Positions 19,515 through 29,973 of a stretch of 64,000 nucleotides of DNA are shown piece after piece. Numbering within the stretch: the first letter of the stretch is position 1; every line of letters starts with the position of its first letter. Origin of the DNA: Bdellovibrionota bacterium (GTDB taxonomy: Bacteria; Bdellovibrionota_C; UBA2361; JBGSMV01); NCBI GenBank assembly GCA_041739995.1, contig JBGSMV010000031.1:107640-171639 (forward strand), read 5' to 3'. Under the pieces are notes generated by a model. It searched no databases, was not told where the DNA came from, and worked only from the letters and a program-made list of their open reading frames with translations. Position numbers and translations under genes: made by a program.

Positions 19515-19925
19515 CTAGCCCCCGATCACACACACCGTTACCGTCCGCCGGTGAGGCTTCCTTCGATGCTCCCAAAGATAGATGCCCTGCCAGGTACCAA
19601 GCAACATTTCGCCTCCAGATACCGGCACGCCGATACTCACGCTCGTCAGCATGCTCTTAATATGAGACGGCATATCATCCGGTCCCTCGCTGGTATGTGA
19701 AAAAAGCGGGTCCTTCTCTGGGACAAGGCGAATGAGCCACTGTTCAAGATCGCGCTTTGCAGAAGGGTCTGCATTTTCCTGAATCAATAGACTTGCGGAG
19801 GTGTGGGCGATAAAAATCGTGCACAACCCTTGATCAATGCCAGACTCCCGAACAAGCTCTTCCACCTCCGGAGTGATTGGGTGTAATCCTTGTCCCGGAG
19901 TGGCAATCTCAAAAGAACGAATCAT
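19515..19925 (-). CDS. yjbQ: YjbQ/UPF0047 family protein
   Basis: HTSASLLIQENADP, EGPDDMPSHIK, LGTWQGIYLWEHR; RBS GGAGG. Confidence 0.92.
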   Translation of the reverse strand: MIRSFEIATPGQGLHPITPEVEELVRESGIDQGLCTIFIAHTSASLLIQENADPSAKRDLEQWLIRLVPEKDPLFSHTSEGPDDMPSHIKSMLTSVSIGVPVSGGEMLLGTWQGIYLWEHRRKPHRRTVTVCVIGG

Positions 19926-20541
19926 GGCAAGACCTCCGTCAAAATCTAGGGCTTCGAAGACAAGGACTGGCCGATCCAAATCGCAACGTCTTGCTCCCTC
20001 GCCTAAAATCACCTGGAATCGTTCTCAGCACTTCGATGCACGCCCTCGGGGAACTAGACCTGACACAATAGTACTTCATTGCCTCTATGACGCTTCACCA
20101 TCAGCGACGCGACGCCATCAGCACTTTTCGCTCTCGCGCTGCCTTACCTTACTTAACCGCTACCAGGTCTCGGCTCACTACGTTATCTCCCGGCGAGGCA
20201 AGGTCGTGCAACTCGTGGATGAACAAGACAGGGCCTGGCATGCAGGCGTGAGCAAGATGCCCTTTAAGGACGACCGACGAAGCGGAGTGAACCGATTCAG
20301 TATCGGAATAGAACTAGTGGGAACTCCGCTTGGCTCGTTCACCACTTCACAGTACCGCAGCTTGGTAAGCTTGGTGGCTTGTATCTGCGCTCGGCACTCC
20401 ATCAAATCAGTGGTAGGTCACGATCATATCGCACCCGGCCGAAAGTCCGACCCAGGCCCGGCCATGGACTGGCAAGAGCTGCGGCAAAAAATTGGGGTAC
20501 TCCTAAAAGGGCGAACTCCTCGGTTTATGTCCCACCAATGA
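19924..20541 (+). CDS. ampD: N-acetylmuramoyl-L-alanine amidase (AmpD/Amidase_2)
   Basis: TIVLHC, VSAHYVI, RAWHAGVS, NRFSIGIELVG, VGHDHIAPGRKSDPG. Confidence 0.88.
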   Translation: MARPPSKSRASKTRTGRSKSQRLAPSPKITWNRSQHFDARPRGTRPDTIVLHCLYDASPSATRRHQHFSLSRCLTLLNRYQVSAHYVISRRGKVVQLVDEQDRAWHAGVSKMPFKDDRRSGVNRFSIGIELVGTPLGSFTTSQYRSLVSLVACICARHSIKSVVGHDHIAPGRKSDPGPAMDWQELRQKIGVLLKGRTPRFMSHQ

Positions 20542-20625
20542 ATACATACTGTTAGGTTCGTTTACCGCAGGGCCAAACTCGAGCAAAAACTTTCTAAACT
20601 TTAAGTTGGTTAATGCAACAAAAAA

Positions 20626-22782
20626 TTGTATTCCCAGATCGTGGTAGATACTCAAAATTCAGCCCATCCTTCTTTTCACATCCCAAACGATCCGGCATTA
20701 CTCTCTCGAGACCCTCGCCCAGGCGGCGGATTGGTATTGCCTCTACGACTTTCCGACCCGTCTAACGGTCACCTACTTGACCCCGGCCTAGAAGACGGTT
20801 CTTCACGCTTCGATCCTGATTTACAAAAAGAACGAATGGAGCGGCGCCTTAGTCGTATTCGAGCTGAGCTTCTTCGACCCTTTCCTGATTTACTGCCGCG
20901 GGACCTTCCCATTCGAAGTTCGCTTCCCCTCATTCTCGACTCGGTAAGGAATTTCCCCTTCACGATCGTTACTTCTCCGACTGGTTCGGGCAAAACTATT
21001 GGAATACCTCACTACCTACTCACCAATCATTACGGCGCTGTGGTAACGCAGCCACGCATCATCGCCGCTCGCGGGGCAGCCGGCTTCTTGGCCCAGTGCA
21101 TTGATGAAGAAGTAGGCAACAGAATTGGCTACCGTACTGCTAAAGAACGCTGTGATTCAGCCTCCACAGTGTGCCAGTTCGTTACCGATGGGCTAGAAGT
21201 CATGCGAGTGCTACGACACCCAACTCGCATGTCACTCGGTAATCGCTGGGTTCTGATGGTTGATGAATTTCATGAGAGGAACCTCAATCATGACACTTTG
21301 CTCGCTTACTTCAGGACGCTTCATCGTCAAGGCGACCTAAAAGTTCCGGTCATTATTTCCTCAGCGACCCTGGATACAGAAGCGCTGTCACAACACTTAG
21401 GGCCAAAGAACTGCAACGTTATTAACTGTGATGGCCGCATGTTTCCGATTGAGAACATGTCTCCAGGGCGCGACCCCGTAGAGGATGGAGTGGCGCTCGC
21501 AGCAAGGGGCGAGCCGGGAATTCTTCATTTTGTTGCGGGCAAAAGAGAAATTTATGAGCGCATGGACCGCTATGAGCGAACCTTAGAAGCAATGGGAGTA
21601 GACGCGGTGGTAATGGCACTGCATAGCGAGCTCTCCGCAGAGCAACAGCAAGCCTGCATGAAGGACCACGGCAAACCGAAAATCATTGTCTGTACCAATA
21701 TTGCCGAAGCCAGCGTCACCGTTCCAGGCGTCACTGTAGTCATTGACGAAGGACTACGTCGAACGATTAGAACCAAAGGCGGCGTCCAAGGTCTCTACAC
21801 TGAACGAATATCGAATGCCGAATGCGCTCAGCGCGCCGGCCGCTCGGGAAGGGTAAGTCCAGGGATTTACGTTTGTCATCATCCCTTGACGCCTGAGGAA
21901 CGCCCGAACTATCCGGAGCCAGAAATTACTCGCTTGCAGCTGGATAACATGACTCTACGCTTGCGAGCTCAAGGACATGATCCGCGAGAACTTGGATTCT
22001 TGAATCGCCCCTCTGCTGAGGCTTTCGATGATGCCGACGAACGACTGCAAATCCTCGGATGTCTTGATGGAGCGCGGAAAGTTACCACGCTCGGAAGAAA
22101 GCTTGCCGACGTTTCGCTCTCAGTCAACCTTGCGCGCATGTTGCATGAAGCTGAGCGCGTGGGGGTTCTCAAGGAAGCAATTGAACTCGCCGCGGTGGTC
22201 GAAGCAGGCGGAATAGTGGAGTCCGGGTCCCGCAAGTGGCGTGAACTTGTTCGGGAACGTTGTCCGTCGGACGCCATTGCACAACTCGACGTATTTCGGT
22301 GGGCGAAAAACTCCCTCCTTCTTGACAGCGATCGAGAAGATCGGGGCATCGATCTTAAAGCCCTCAGCGAGGCGAACGAGCACGTGAGAGAACTTGAGTT
22401 TCGCTTTCGCGATGCGTTGAAGAATCAGCGCGGCGCAACCAACAACGGTCAAAAACTCCTTGTACAGTGCCTATGCGCAGGATTCAAAACCAATGCATTT
22501 GTAAGAAGGCGTGACGATTGGATCGACTCCAGAGGCGGAACAAAACGTGAGCTTGACTCTCTCTCCGTCATCTCGAATGAAGTGTCTTACATCGTCGGCG
22601 TTCCTTGGGATTTGAACCTTACCCCAAACGGAATTACTCGCCACTTCGTACGCTGGGCGACTGCCGTTTCCTGGAACGAACTTCCAAAACGCATGCAGAC
22701 CCTCGTTCGAGATCTTGAACATCGAGACAGAGACCCGCACAAGGTCGATGCTCGTTCCCCTCGCTTTGGATTTCGCAGATAG
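20626..22782 (+). CDS. DEAH-box RNA helicase (HrpA/HrpB-like, short)
   Basis: PTGSGKT, TQPRIIAA, DEFHER, SAT, TNIAEASVTV, QRAGRSGR, HA2-like region; start uncertain. Confidence 0.88.
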   Translation: MYSQIVVDTQNSAHPSFHIPNDPALLSRDPRPGGGLVLPLRLSDPSNGHLLDPGLEDGSSRFDPDLQKERMERRLSRIRAELLRPFPDLLPRDLPIRSSLPLILDSVRNFPFTIVTSPTGSGKTIGIPHYLLTNHYGAVVTQPRIIAARGAAGFLAQCIDEEVGNRIGYRTAKERCDSASTVCQFVTDGLEVMRVLRHPTRMSLGNRWVLMVDEFHERNLNHDTLLAYFRTLHRQGDLKVPVIISSATLDTEALSQHLGPKNCNVINCDGRMFPIENMSPGRDPVEDGVALAARGEPGILHFVAGKREIYERMDRYERTLEAMGVDAVVMALHSELSAEQQQACMKDHGKPKIIVCTNIAEASVTVPGVTVVIDEGLRRTIRTKGGVQGLYTERISNAECAQRAGRSGRVSPGIYVCHHPLTPEERPNYPEPEITRLQLDNMTLRLRAQGHDPRELGFLNRPSAEAFDDADERLQILGCLDGARKVTTLGRKLADVSLSVNLARMLHEAERVGVLKEAIELAAVVEAGGIVESGSRKWRELVRERCPSDAIAQLDVFRWAKNSLLLDSDREDRGIDLKALSEANEHVRELEFRFRDALKNQRGATNNGQKLLVQCLCAGFKTNAFVRRRDDWIDSRGGTKRELDSLSVISNEVSYIVGVPWDLNLTPNGITRHFVRWATAVSWNELPKRMQTLVRDLEHRDRDPHKVDARSPRFGFRR

Positions 22783-22848
22783 CGCCAAATTCTTGAGTTT
22801 AGCGGGCGATACCCAGAATACCGCTCCTCGGGTGCTGTGCTATCCGCA

Positions 22849-24174
22849 TCATGAAATTTTGAGCGCCGAGAGCCACGCAACCGTTTCAGAAGCCTGGGCG
22901 AACTTGTGCTGCTGCTTCGTTTCTAAATCCTTAATCTCAATTGCTTCGTTCTCCTCTGAAACAAAGGCAACGTAGCGCACCCCGCGCGCCTCTGCGCTTT
23001 CGATTTGCTTACCAAGCTTTGAAGCCTTGAAAAATACCTCGGTGGCTACACCACTACCTCGCAACTCTTCGGCAAACTCATTACATCTTTGACGCTGCGT
23101 CTCTGAGAAGACCGTCACCATTACCTGAGCAGTCGAACGAATTTTGGCGGACAGCAACCCCTTGGAGAACGCCAGCTCCAGCAATCGCGTCAGTCCTATC
23201 GAGCCGCCAACGCCTGGCAATTTCTGGGAAGTAAACTGAGAGGCAAGATCATCATAGCGCCCTCCACTGCACACCGTACCAAACTCAGGATGATCCCTCA
23301 TCTGAGCCTCAAAGATAAGCCCGGTGTAATAATCAAGGCCTCGGGCAAGGCTAAGATCTACTTGAATATATTGCTGTAAGTCAGTTGGCACGAGTCGAAG
23401 CACCTCTGCCAATTCCTCAATGCCCTTATCAAACAAAGCATCCTTCACCCCCGTTGCCTGAAAGACTCCGGCAAAATCAGCAGCACTTGCTTGCACAACG
23501 GTAAGATCGACTATGCGAGTAGCAACGTCGTGAGAAACTGCCGCTGCGGACTCAAGCTCTTTGAGCACGCCATCGCGTCCAATCTTATGAATCTTGTCTA
23601 CCGCAGTGATGGCCGCCTTGCGCTGCGTCTCGCCCAAGCCCAATGAACTGTAACATCCGTGCAGCAACTTGCGATTATTAACGAGCATCTGAAAAGGCCC
23701 AAGCTGCATCACTCGGAACGCTTTAAGCAGCACTGTTACTATTTCGGCATCACAACACAGCGGCAGATCTTCACGCGCAATGGTATCAATGTCGAATTGA
23801 TAGAATTCTCTGAATCGTCCTTTCTGTGGACGTTCTCCACGCCAAACTTTTTGCAGCTGGTAGCGCTTGAACGGAAACGACAACGCGTTCAAATGTTGCG
23901 CGGCATAACGCGCAAACGGAACCGTAAGGTCAAAGTGCAACGCAAGAGCAGCTTCAGCATCTTCCTCGGCATGGAATCGTCGAATGGAGTAAATCTCTCG
24001 ATCGACCACACCCTTTGACGATAGAGTTTCGATTAGCTCAGCAGCCGGGGTCTCGATAGGTACAAACCCATGGCTCGCGTAAACGCTTTTGACTTGAGAA
24101 ATAACGGCATCTTCAACCAGCTTCTGCTCAGGAAGCCATTCAGGAAAGCCAGATATGGGGGTCAACTTAGCCAT
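22849..24174 (-). CDS. hisS: Histidine--tRNA ligase
   Basis: FDLTVPFARY, RGERPQKGRFREFYQFDID, RGLDYYTG, GGRYD. Confidence 0.97.
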   Translation of the reverse strand: MAKLTPISGFPEWLPEQKLVEDAVISQVKSVYASHGFVPIETPAAELIETLSSKGVVDREIYSIRRFHAEEDAEAALALHFDLTVPFARYAAQHLNALSFPFKRYQLQKVWRGERPQKGRFREFYQFDIDTIAREDLPLCCDAEIVTVLLKAFRVMQLGPFQMLVNNRKLLHGCYSSLGLGETQRKAAITAVDKIHKIGRDGVLKELESAAAVSHDVATRIVDLTVVQASAADFAGVFQATGVKDALFDKGIEELAEVLRLVPTDLQQYIQVDLSLARGLDYYTGLIFEAQMRDHPEFGTVCSGGRYDDLASQFTSQKLPGVGGSIGLTRLLELAFSKGLLSAKIRSTAQVMVTVFSETQRQRCNEFAEELRGSGVATEVFFKASKLGKQIESAEARGVRYVAFVSEENEAIEIKDLETKQQHKFAQASETVAWLSALKIS

Positions 24175-24437
24175 ACTCACCTCAAAATAGTCACCTCAGA
24201 CGTAAGAGTTTCTGCGTACCGTCTCCGAACACCTCCGCCAGCCCTAGTCTCAGGAGAATGCCAAGGGCGTTGCAGTCTGGCCCGCATGATAGTAGCAAGA
24301 GACTTGTCCGAAACCCAGCAGGTCAGTGGGAGCGAAGCAGGATTCTCCAACATGGACTGAATCTATCGCAGGCCTCTCTACTTTCCGCTAGGGAAGGTGC
24401 CCCCTAGGATTAGGAAGGTTCTTCGTTTACGCCCGTA

Positions 24438-25994
24438 TTGACGAAAAAGCTTGTGTTAAACGCCACCCCACTGCTCAAAGTCATCGCCAAATTTAGAAAC
24501 GCGGAGCTCCGTCGCCAAGATCCTGCTGCGGTTCAAGAAGTCCAGTTACTCTCACTCGTTTCACGAGCTCAGGATACAAAATTCGGCAGAGATCACTCGT
24601 TCAAGAGCATTCGATCTGTCGCTGACTACCAAAAAGCCGTACCGCTAAGAACATACGATCAGTTTTGGGAAGATTATCTTCGCGCGCCCTTTCCTTTATT
24701 GGACAACGTCACCTGGCCAGGTCGAATTCCTTTTTTTGCAGTGAGCTCAGGCACCAGCTCGGGCACGACTAAGTACATCCCCTACACCTCAGAGATGACT
24801 GACTCGAATACAAGAGCGGGTCTTGATCTGCTCATTCACCATGTAACCAACAGACCGCAAAGCAAACTTTTTGCCGGTCGCAGCTTTATGCTAGGCGGAA
24901 GCACCAACCTTATTGAACAGGTTCCTGGTGTCTTCTCTGGCGATTTAAGCGGCATCGCGGTCAAGACTATGCGGTGGTGGGCCAAGCAACGCTACTTTCC
25001 GCCAGCCGATCTCGCTCTTCTCCAAAATTGGGAAGAAAAAATCGAACGTTTGGCGAATGAATCTCTAACGGCCAATATTCGCATGATGAGTGGAGTGCCA
25101 AGCTGGATGCTTATCTTGTTGCGCCGCTTGGCCGAACTGGTCCCAGAGAGCGAAGGGCAGATTGCGAAGATTTACCCCGATTTAGAAATGCTCGTGCACG
25201 GCGGAGTAAATTTTGCGCCCTACCATAGCGCGTTTACCGAATTACTCAGAGGCTCCCACGCAGAACTGCGGGAGGTCTATCCTGCCAGCGAGGGATTCAT
25301 CGCAGTGGGTGACCGCGGTTATGGCGATGGCATGCGAGTGGTGCTCGATAGCGGTATTTTTTACGAGTTCGTCCCGTTTGAAGAGCTTGGTTCCGCGAAT
25401 CCGACCCGCCATACCGTGGCGACCATCGAAGAGGGCGTAAACTACGCCATTATACTAACTACCTGTGCGGGGCTATGGAGCTACATTCTTGGCGACACCG
25501 TTCGTTTCGTCCAAAAGAATCCTGCCAGATTGTTAGTGACTGGTCGCACCTCCTATTACCTCTCAGCCTTCGGCGAACATCTTATCGCCGAAGAGATTGA
25601 CGATGCAGTCTCTTCTGCCGCCGCCGCTATCGGACTTTCGGTGTCTGATTATTCAGTGGGGCCACTGTATCCTTCAAACACGAGCGAGCTCGGTGGGCAT
25701 CTCTACGTGGTTGAGTTTCAAGAGCGCCTTCCTTCTGAAAGCGAACAAGATATCTTCCTCAAAGCCCTCGATAAGAAACTTTGTGTCAGAAACGAAGATT
25801 ACGAGGCACATCGCGCCAAAGGCTTTGGATTGCGCGCTCCCATTGGCAATTTTGTGCCAGCAGGAACCTTCATGAACTGGATGAAAAAACGCGGTAAGCT
25901 TGGCGGGCAGCACAAAGTGCCGCGCATCATCATGAAAGCCGAGCTTTTTGATGATCTGCGTACTTTTGCTGATTCGCGTAAGAGCACCCAGTAG
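24438..25994 (+). CDS. GH3-family acyl-adenylate/amido synthetase-like protein
   Basis: SSGTSSGTTKYIP, YPASEG, GLWSYILGDTV, GGQHKVPR. Confidence 0.88.
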   Translation: MTKKLVLNATPLLKVIAKFRNAELRRQDPAAVQEVQLLSLVSRAQDTKFGRDHSFKSIRSVADYQKAVPLRTYDQFWEDYLRAPFPLLDNVTWPGRIPFFAVSSGTSSGTTKYIPYTSEMTDSNTRAGLDLLIHHVTNRPQSKLFAGRSFMLGGSTNLIEQVPGVFSGDLSGIAVKTMRWWAKQRYFPPADLALLQNWEEKIERLANESLTANIRMMSGVPSWMLILLRRLAELVPESEGQIAKIYPDLEMLVHGGVNFAPYHSAFTELLRGSHAELREVYPASEGFIAVGDRGYGDGMRVVLDSGIFYEFVPFEELGSANPTRHTVATIEEGVNYAIILTTCAGLWSYILGDTVRFVQKNPARLLVTGRTSYYLSAFGEHLIAEEIDDAVSSAAAAIGLSVSDYSVGPLYPSNTSELGGHLYVVEFQERLPSESEQDIFLKALDKKLCVRNEDYEAHRAKGFGLRAPIGNFVPAGTFMNWMKKRGKLGGQHKVPRIIMKAELFDDLRTFADSRKSTQ

Positions 25995-26097
25995 CGGTCA
26001 CCTATTGAGAGGGGATAGACTTCCTCTCGTGACATCAGCCGCATGCCAGAATAGCCTATGAGCGTCTGAGTCAAGCCGTCATCAAAGGCATAGAACT

Positions 26098-27165
26098 ATG
26101 GCATACCGACTTTTTGGAAAACGTGCCCGCAAGGCAGGGCTCCCCCCTGGATCTTTGGTGTATGTCGGTGACCGTGAAGCTACGAACTCCACCATGGTTG
26201 CCGTGGTGTTCGACGATGGGCATTTTGTGGAAGCTCCAGTTGCCACTCTCGAGGAAGCGTTAGCGCTTCGATCTCAAGGCAAGTTCCTTTGGTTGAATGT
26301 TGATGGTCTTGGGAATTCCGAACTGATTCGAAAAATTGGTGAACATTTCTCTATTCATTCTCTGGCACTTGAAGACGTTCTCAATTCAGAGCAGCGCCCA
26401 AAGCGTGAAGAATTCGACGACCTCTTATTGGTAATTGCAAAATCAATCCAGTGGTCCCCGCAGAAATCAGATCTCGACTATGAGCAGATCAGTATCGTGC
26501 TCGGTAAAGATTTTATTCTGTCTTTTCAAGAGAAAGAGGGGGACGCCTTCACCAGTCTTCGTCAACGGATGCGCCCCTCCGGCACTCGCCTTCGAAAGAG
26601 CGGCCCAGACTATTTGCTCTACATCATGCTCGACTTGATAGTGGATCAGTATTTCGTGATTCTTGAAAATTTCGGAGAAAAACTAGATCGTCTCGAAGAT
26701 GAAATTGTTTCTAAACCTGAGCCAAAGGAGTTGGCTAAGCTCTATCATCTCAAGCGCTCTAGCCTGTTTCTTCGTCGCTCCGTGTGGCCCTTAAGAGAAG
26801 CACTTGGCTTTCTTCAATATGGAGAATGCAAGCTGATCAAAAAATCTACGCTTCCTTTCTTGCGCGACGTGTACTCGCACTGCCTTGAAGCATTAGACGC
26901 CATAGAAATTTTCAGAGAAATGTTGGCCAGTATGCTGGATGTGTATCTCTCAAGTGCGAGCAACAAGATGAATGTGGTAATCAAAGTCTTAACCATCATC
27001 ACCACTATCTTCATGCCTCTTACTTTGATTGCTGGTATTTACGGGATGAATTTCCAGTACATGCCGGAACTTCATTGGCATTACGGCTATCCACTTGCCC
27101 TTGCTCTGATGGCTGTGGTGGCAATCGGCATGCTCGCGCTGTTTCGAATCAAGAAGTGGCTTTAG
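26098..27165 (+). CDS. corA: Magnesium/cobalt transporter CorA
   Basis: GLPPGSL, QRPK, C-terminal TM helices with YGMNF..MPEL. Confidence 0.95.
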   Translation: MAYRLFGKRARKAGLPPGSLVYVGDREATNSTMVAVVFDDGHFVEAPVATLEEALALRSQGKFLWLNVDGLGNSELIRKIGEHFSIHSLALEDVLNSEQRPKREEFDDLLLVIAKSIQWSPQKSDLDYEQISIVLGKDFILSFQEKEGDAFTSLRQRMRPSGTRLRKSGPDYLLYIMLDLIVDQYFVILENFGEKLDRLEDEIVSKPEPKELAKLYHLKRSSLFLRRSVWPLREALGFLQYGECKLIKKSTLPFLRDVYSHCLEALDAIEIFREMLASMLDVYLSSASNKMNVVIKVLTIITTIFMPLTLIAGIYGMNFQYMPELHWHYGYPLALALMAVVAIGMLALFRIKKWL

Positions 27166-27582
27166 AGCTGTTTAGCTTTAGGCTTTTTCGGCTTGACTAT
27201 TGAGGCTGCGCTGCCCAAATCGTGGCTACGCCCATGCACATGCCCATGGGGTTCAATGTGCGTACCGGTGACTTGAGAGCATGGTCCGCCCTTTAGTGAG
27301 GCAAACTTTCGAGCTCTCACCATAAACACCAAGTTGCCAGCCTATCTAGTTGAATTTATGCTGTTTTTTAATCTACGCGGGGGTGGTTGCCCAAGCCCTC
27401 AATAAGCCTTCAATATAGGGGTCTGACAGTGAACGATCGGCGCCGAACAGGCCCGAGCGGTTGGGTTTCACCACTCTGATTTTTACAGACTCACGCAGCA
27501 AATTCTTGGTTCTTTCCCCGATGAAGTCCAGGAGCAGAGGTAAATTTTTGACCATCGCGGAACGTGAGTAGGAGCAGCGTAA

Positions 27583-28473
27583 ATGGTATCTTCAGAGATG
27601 TTCAAGCCCGTTAATATGTTCAAGCAGCTAGTGTTCTGGGCTGTGCATCTTGCCTGCTTTTCAGTCATTTGGGTTGGAGTCAGCTGGGTAGCGGCGATTG
27701 TGTGTCTGGTACTCTATGTCTTACGCATGTTCGCGATCACCGGTGGCTACCACCGCTATTTTTCACACCGCACCTATCAAACCAGTAGAGTCTTTCAGTT
27801 TATGCTTGCCTTTGTTGGTGCAAGCTCTGCACAAAAGGGTCCGCTCTGGTGGGCCTCACACCACCGCCATCACCATCGCTACTCTGACACTGAGGATGAT
27901 GTGCATCCACCTTCAAAGGGATTGTGGTGGGCTCACATCGGTTGGGTTTTGAGCACCGACTTCGTGGATTCACGACCGGACCTCGTCAAGGACATAAGCC
28001 AATATCCTGAGATTCGCTGGGTCGATCGCAATCATCTGTTGCCGCCGATGTTGTTGGCGGTCTTTGTTTATTTCCTAGGTGTGTTTTTGGCCTGGCAGTT
28101 CCCCTCACTAGGGACTTCCGGAATTCAGATGTTAGTATGGGGCTTCTTCGTGAGTACCACCCTGCTCTACCACGGGACCTTCGTGATCAATTCGTTGACG
28201 CACTACATTGGCACACGACGATTCAACACCAGTGACAATTCTAGAAACCACTGGCTCTTAGCTCTCATTACCTTAGGCGAGGGATGGCACAACAACCATC
28301 ACCGCTATCCAGGTTCCGAGCGGCAGGGCTTTTACTGGTGGGAGATAGACATTTCTCACTACTTCCTCAAAGTGCTCTCGTGGTTTGGTATCGTGTGGGA
28401 TTTGCGAGAGCCGCCTGAGCGTATTTATGCAGAGGCTCTTGAGACTAAAACGCAGCGACTTGCGGAAGGGTAG
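27583..28473 (+). CDS. Delta-9 acyl-CoA/acyl-lipid desaturase
   Basis: His boxes HRYFSH, HRHHH, GEGWHNNHH; TM helices. Confidence 0.92.
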   Translation: MVSSEMFKPVNMFKQLVFWAVHLACFSVIWVGVSWVAAIVCLVLYVLRMFAITGGYHRYFSHRTYQTSRVFQFMLAFVGASSAQKGPLWWASHHRHHHRYSDTEDDVHPPSKGLWWAHIGWVLSTDFVDSRPDLVKDISQYPEIRWVDRNHLLPPMLLAVFVYFLGVFLAWQFPSLGTSGIQMLVWGFFVSTTLLYHGTFVINSLTHYIGTRRFNTSDNSRNHWLLALITLGEGWHNNHHRYPGSERQGFYWWEIDISHYFLKVLSWFGIVWDLREPPERIYAEALETKTQRLAEG

Positions 28474-28572
28474 CGTAGGGCTCGCCAAGGCCTTGCGCTT
28501 CCACTCTTTCTAGCGAATCCTCTGATAGAAAGTGCTCGATTGGAGAGCCTTCGAATAGCTGACCGTTAACAG

Positions 28573-29721
28573 GTGACCATTACAAGCCACGTAAATTTCA
28601 AGTCTTGGGGCTTAGTTCTCAGTGTCGCGCTTTCGCTCGGCACCATCGCTTTCGTCTTCTCCACCATAACCATCTCTGAAGTAGTGGCTGCCATTGCAGG
28701 CGCAGATCGCAGCGCCGTAGCCGCCTTCCTAGTCGCTTCTTTTAGCGCAAGTTTCTTTCGCGTTTGGCGATATCGAGTACTACTGCGTAGCAATGGTTAC
28801 GAAACGCCTTTTCCAAGCATGTTCTTGATAGTGCTGGTCAGAAACACCTTTAGTGACCTTCTCCCGGCGCGCCTTGGCACGCTCATCTACATTTTTCTCA
28901 CCACCACACGCCTCGGCATACCGTTTGGTGCGGCAGGTTCGAGCTTCGCTCTGGCCTTTTTGTTCGACATTATCGCGATCGTACCTTTGATTTTTGTTTG
29001 TGTGGGATTCGCGAGCCTTGGTGGAATGGTCTCGCCCGTGGGGCTGATCTTTGGAGGAGGTATTCTGCTTGCGCTGTCTAGCACTCTCATCCTCCTCCTA
29101 CCGAGAGCTCTAAGAGTGGCGTCGAATGTCTGCGCCCGACTCTTTTCTGTTCAGAGTTCTGTTGGACAAACTCTCCTGTCTGGGATTGCTTCCGTAGCGG
29201 AAAGCGTGGAGCAAACTCGCGCTTCTGGTGCGTACGCCAGAGTACTGGTCATCTCTATCCTCGGTCGCCTGTGCAAGTACGCCGGACTGTACCTCTTTTT
29301 GTATGCGATGCTCATTCCACGCGGGTATTCTCTAAGCGACATGCCTTTCTCTACCGTGTTCCTCGGACTATGCGCTTCAGAGCTAGCCGCAAGCCTCCCC
29401 ATTTCCGGAATAGCCGGCATTGGTGCTTATCAAGGAGCCTGGATTGGTACTTTCACCCTGCTTGGATTCCCCCTGTCTCTCGCGACGCTCACAAGCATCG
29501 GGCACCACCTCTTCACTCAAGCCTACGGCTACTCCCTGGGTGCCTGCGCATTCTTGATCGTCCTACTCCCATTCTTTAAGCGAGAAGTTTCAAAGGACTC
29601 CCCATCGTCCCAGGCTCCCCTCATCTATTCTTCAAATACGATGTTTATTACTCAGCTGCTTGGGTCAGTCGCGCTGATTGTTGGCCTCATTTCATTCCTC
29701 CTTGGGAGAATCGCCACCTAG
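28573..29721 (+). CDS. Lysylphosphatidylglycerol synthase TM / flippase-like (UPF0104) membrane protein
   Basis: Multi-TM protein; RVWRYRVL, LLPARLG, LPISGIAGIG motifs. Confidence 0.72.
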   Translation: MTITSHVNFKSWGLVLSVALSLGTIAFVFSTITISEVVAAIAGADRSAVAAFLVASFSASFFRVWRYRVLLRSNGYETPFPSMFLIVLVRNTFSDLLPARLGTLIYIFLTTTRLGIPFGAAGSSFALAFLFDIIAIVPLIFVCVGFASLGGMVSPVGLIFGGGILLALSSTLILLLPRALRVASNVCARLFSVQSSVGQTLLSGIASVAESVEQTRASGAYARVLVISILGRLCKYAGLYLFLYAMLIPRGYSLSDMPFSTVFLGLCASELAASLPISGIAGIGAYQGAWIGTFTLLGFPLSLATLTSIGHHLFTQAYGYSLGACAFLIVLLPFFKREVSKDSPSSQAPLIYSSNTMFITQLLGSVALIVGLISFLLGRIAT

Positions 29722-29973
29722 CTCCTGGCGCTATTGCTACCTGCGAGTTTCCCCGACAGTTCCTCCCCGGAACTCCGTTAGGCGCAAACGAGAGCGCAGG
29801 CAATTGAGCTAGGGTCATTCTTCTGGCGCGTGCTGGCTCGATTGGGTATTCTCATCAAGTCCTCAGTCCTACATCATTTGCGGAGCCCCACTGCGGAGCC
29901 CCACTGGCGCGAATGGACGATGAGGCCAACGGAGAAAAACCACTCCTCAACGAACCCTTCAGATCTGAAAGGT

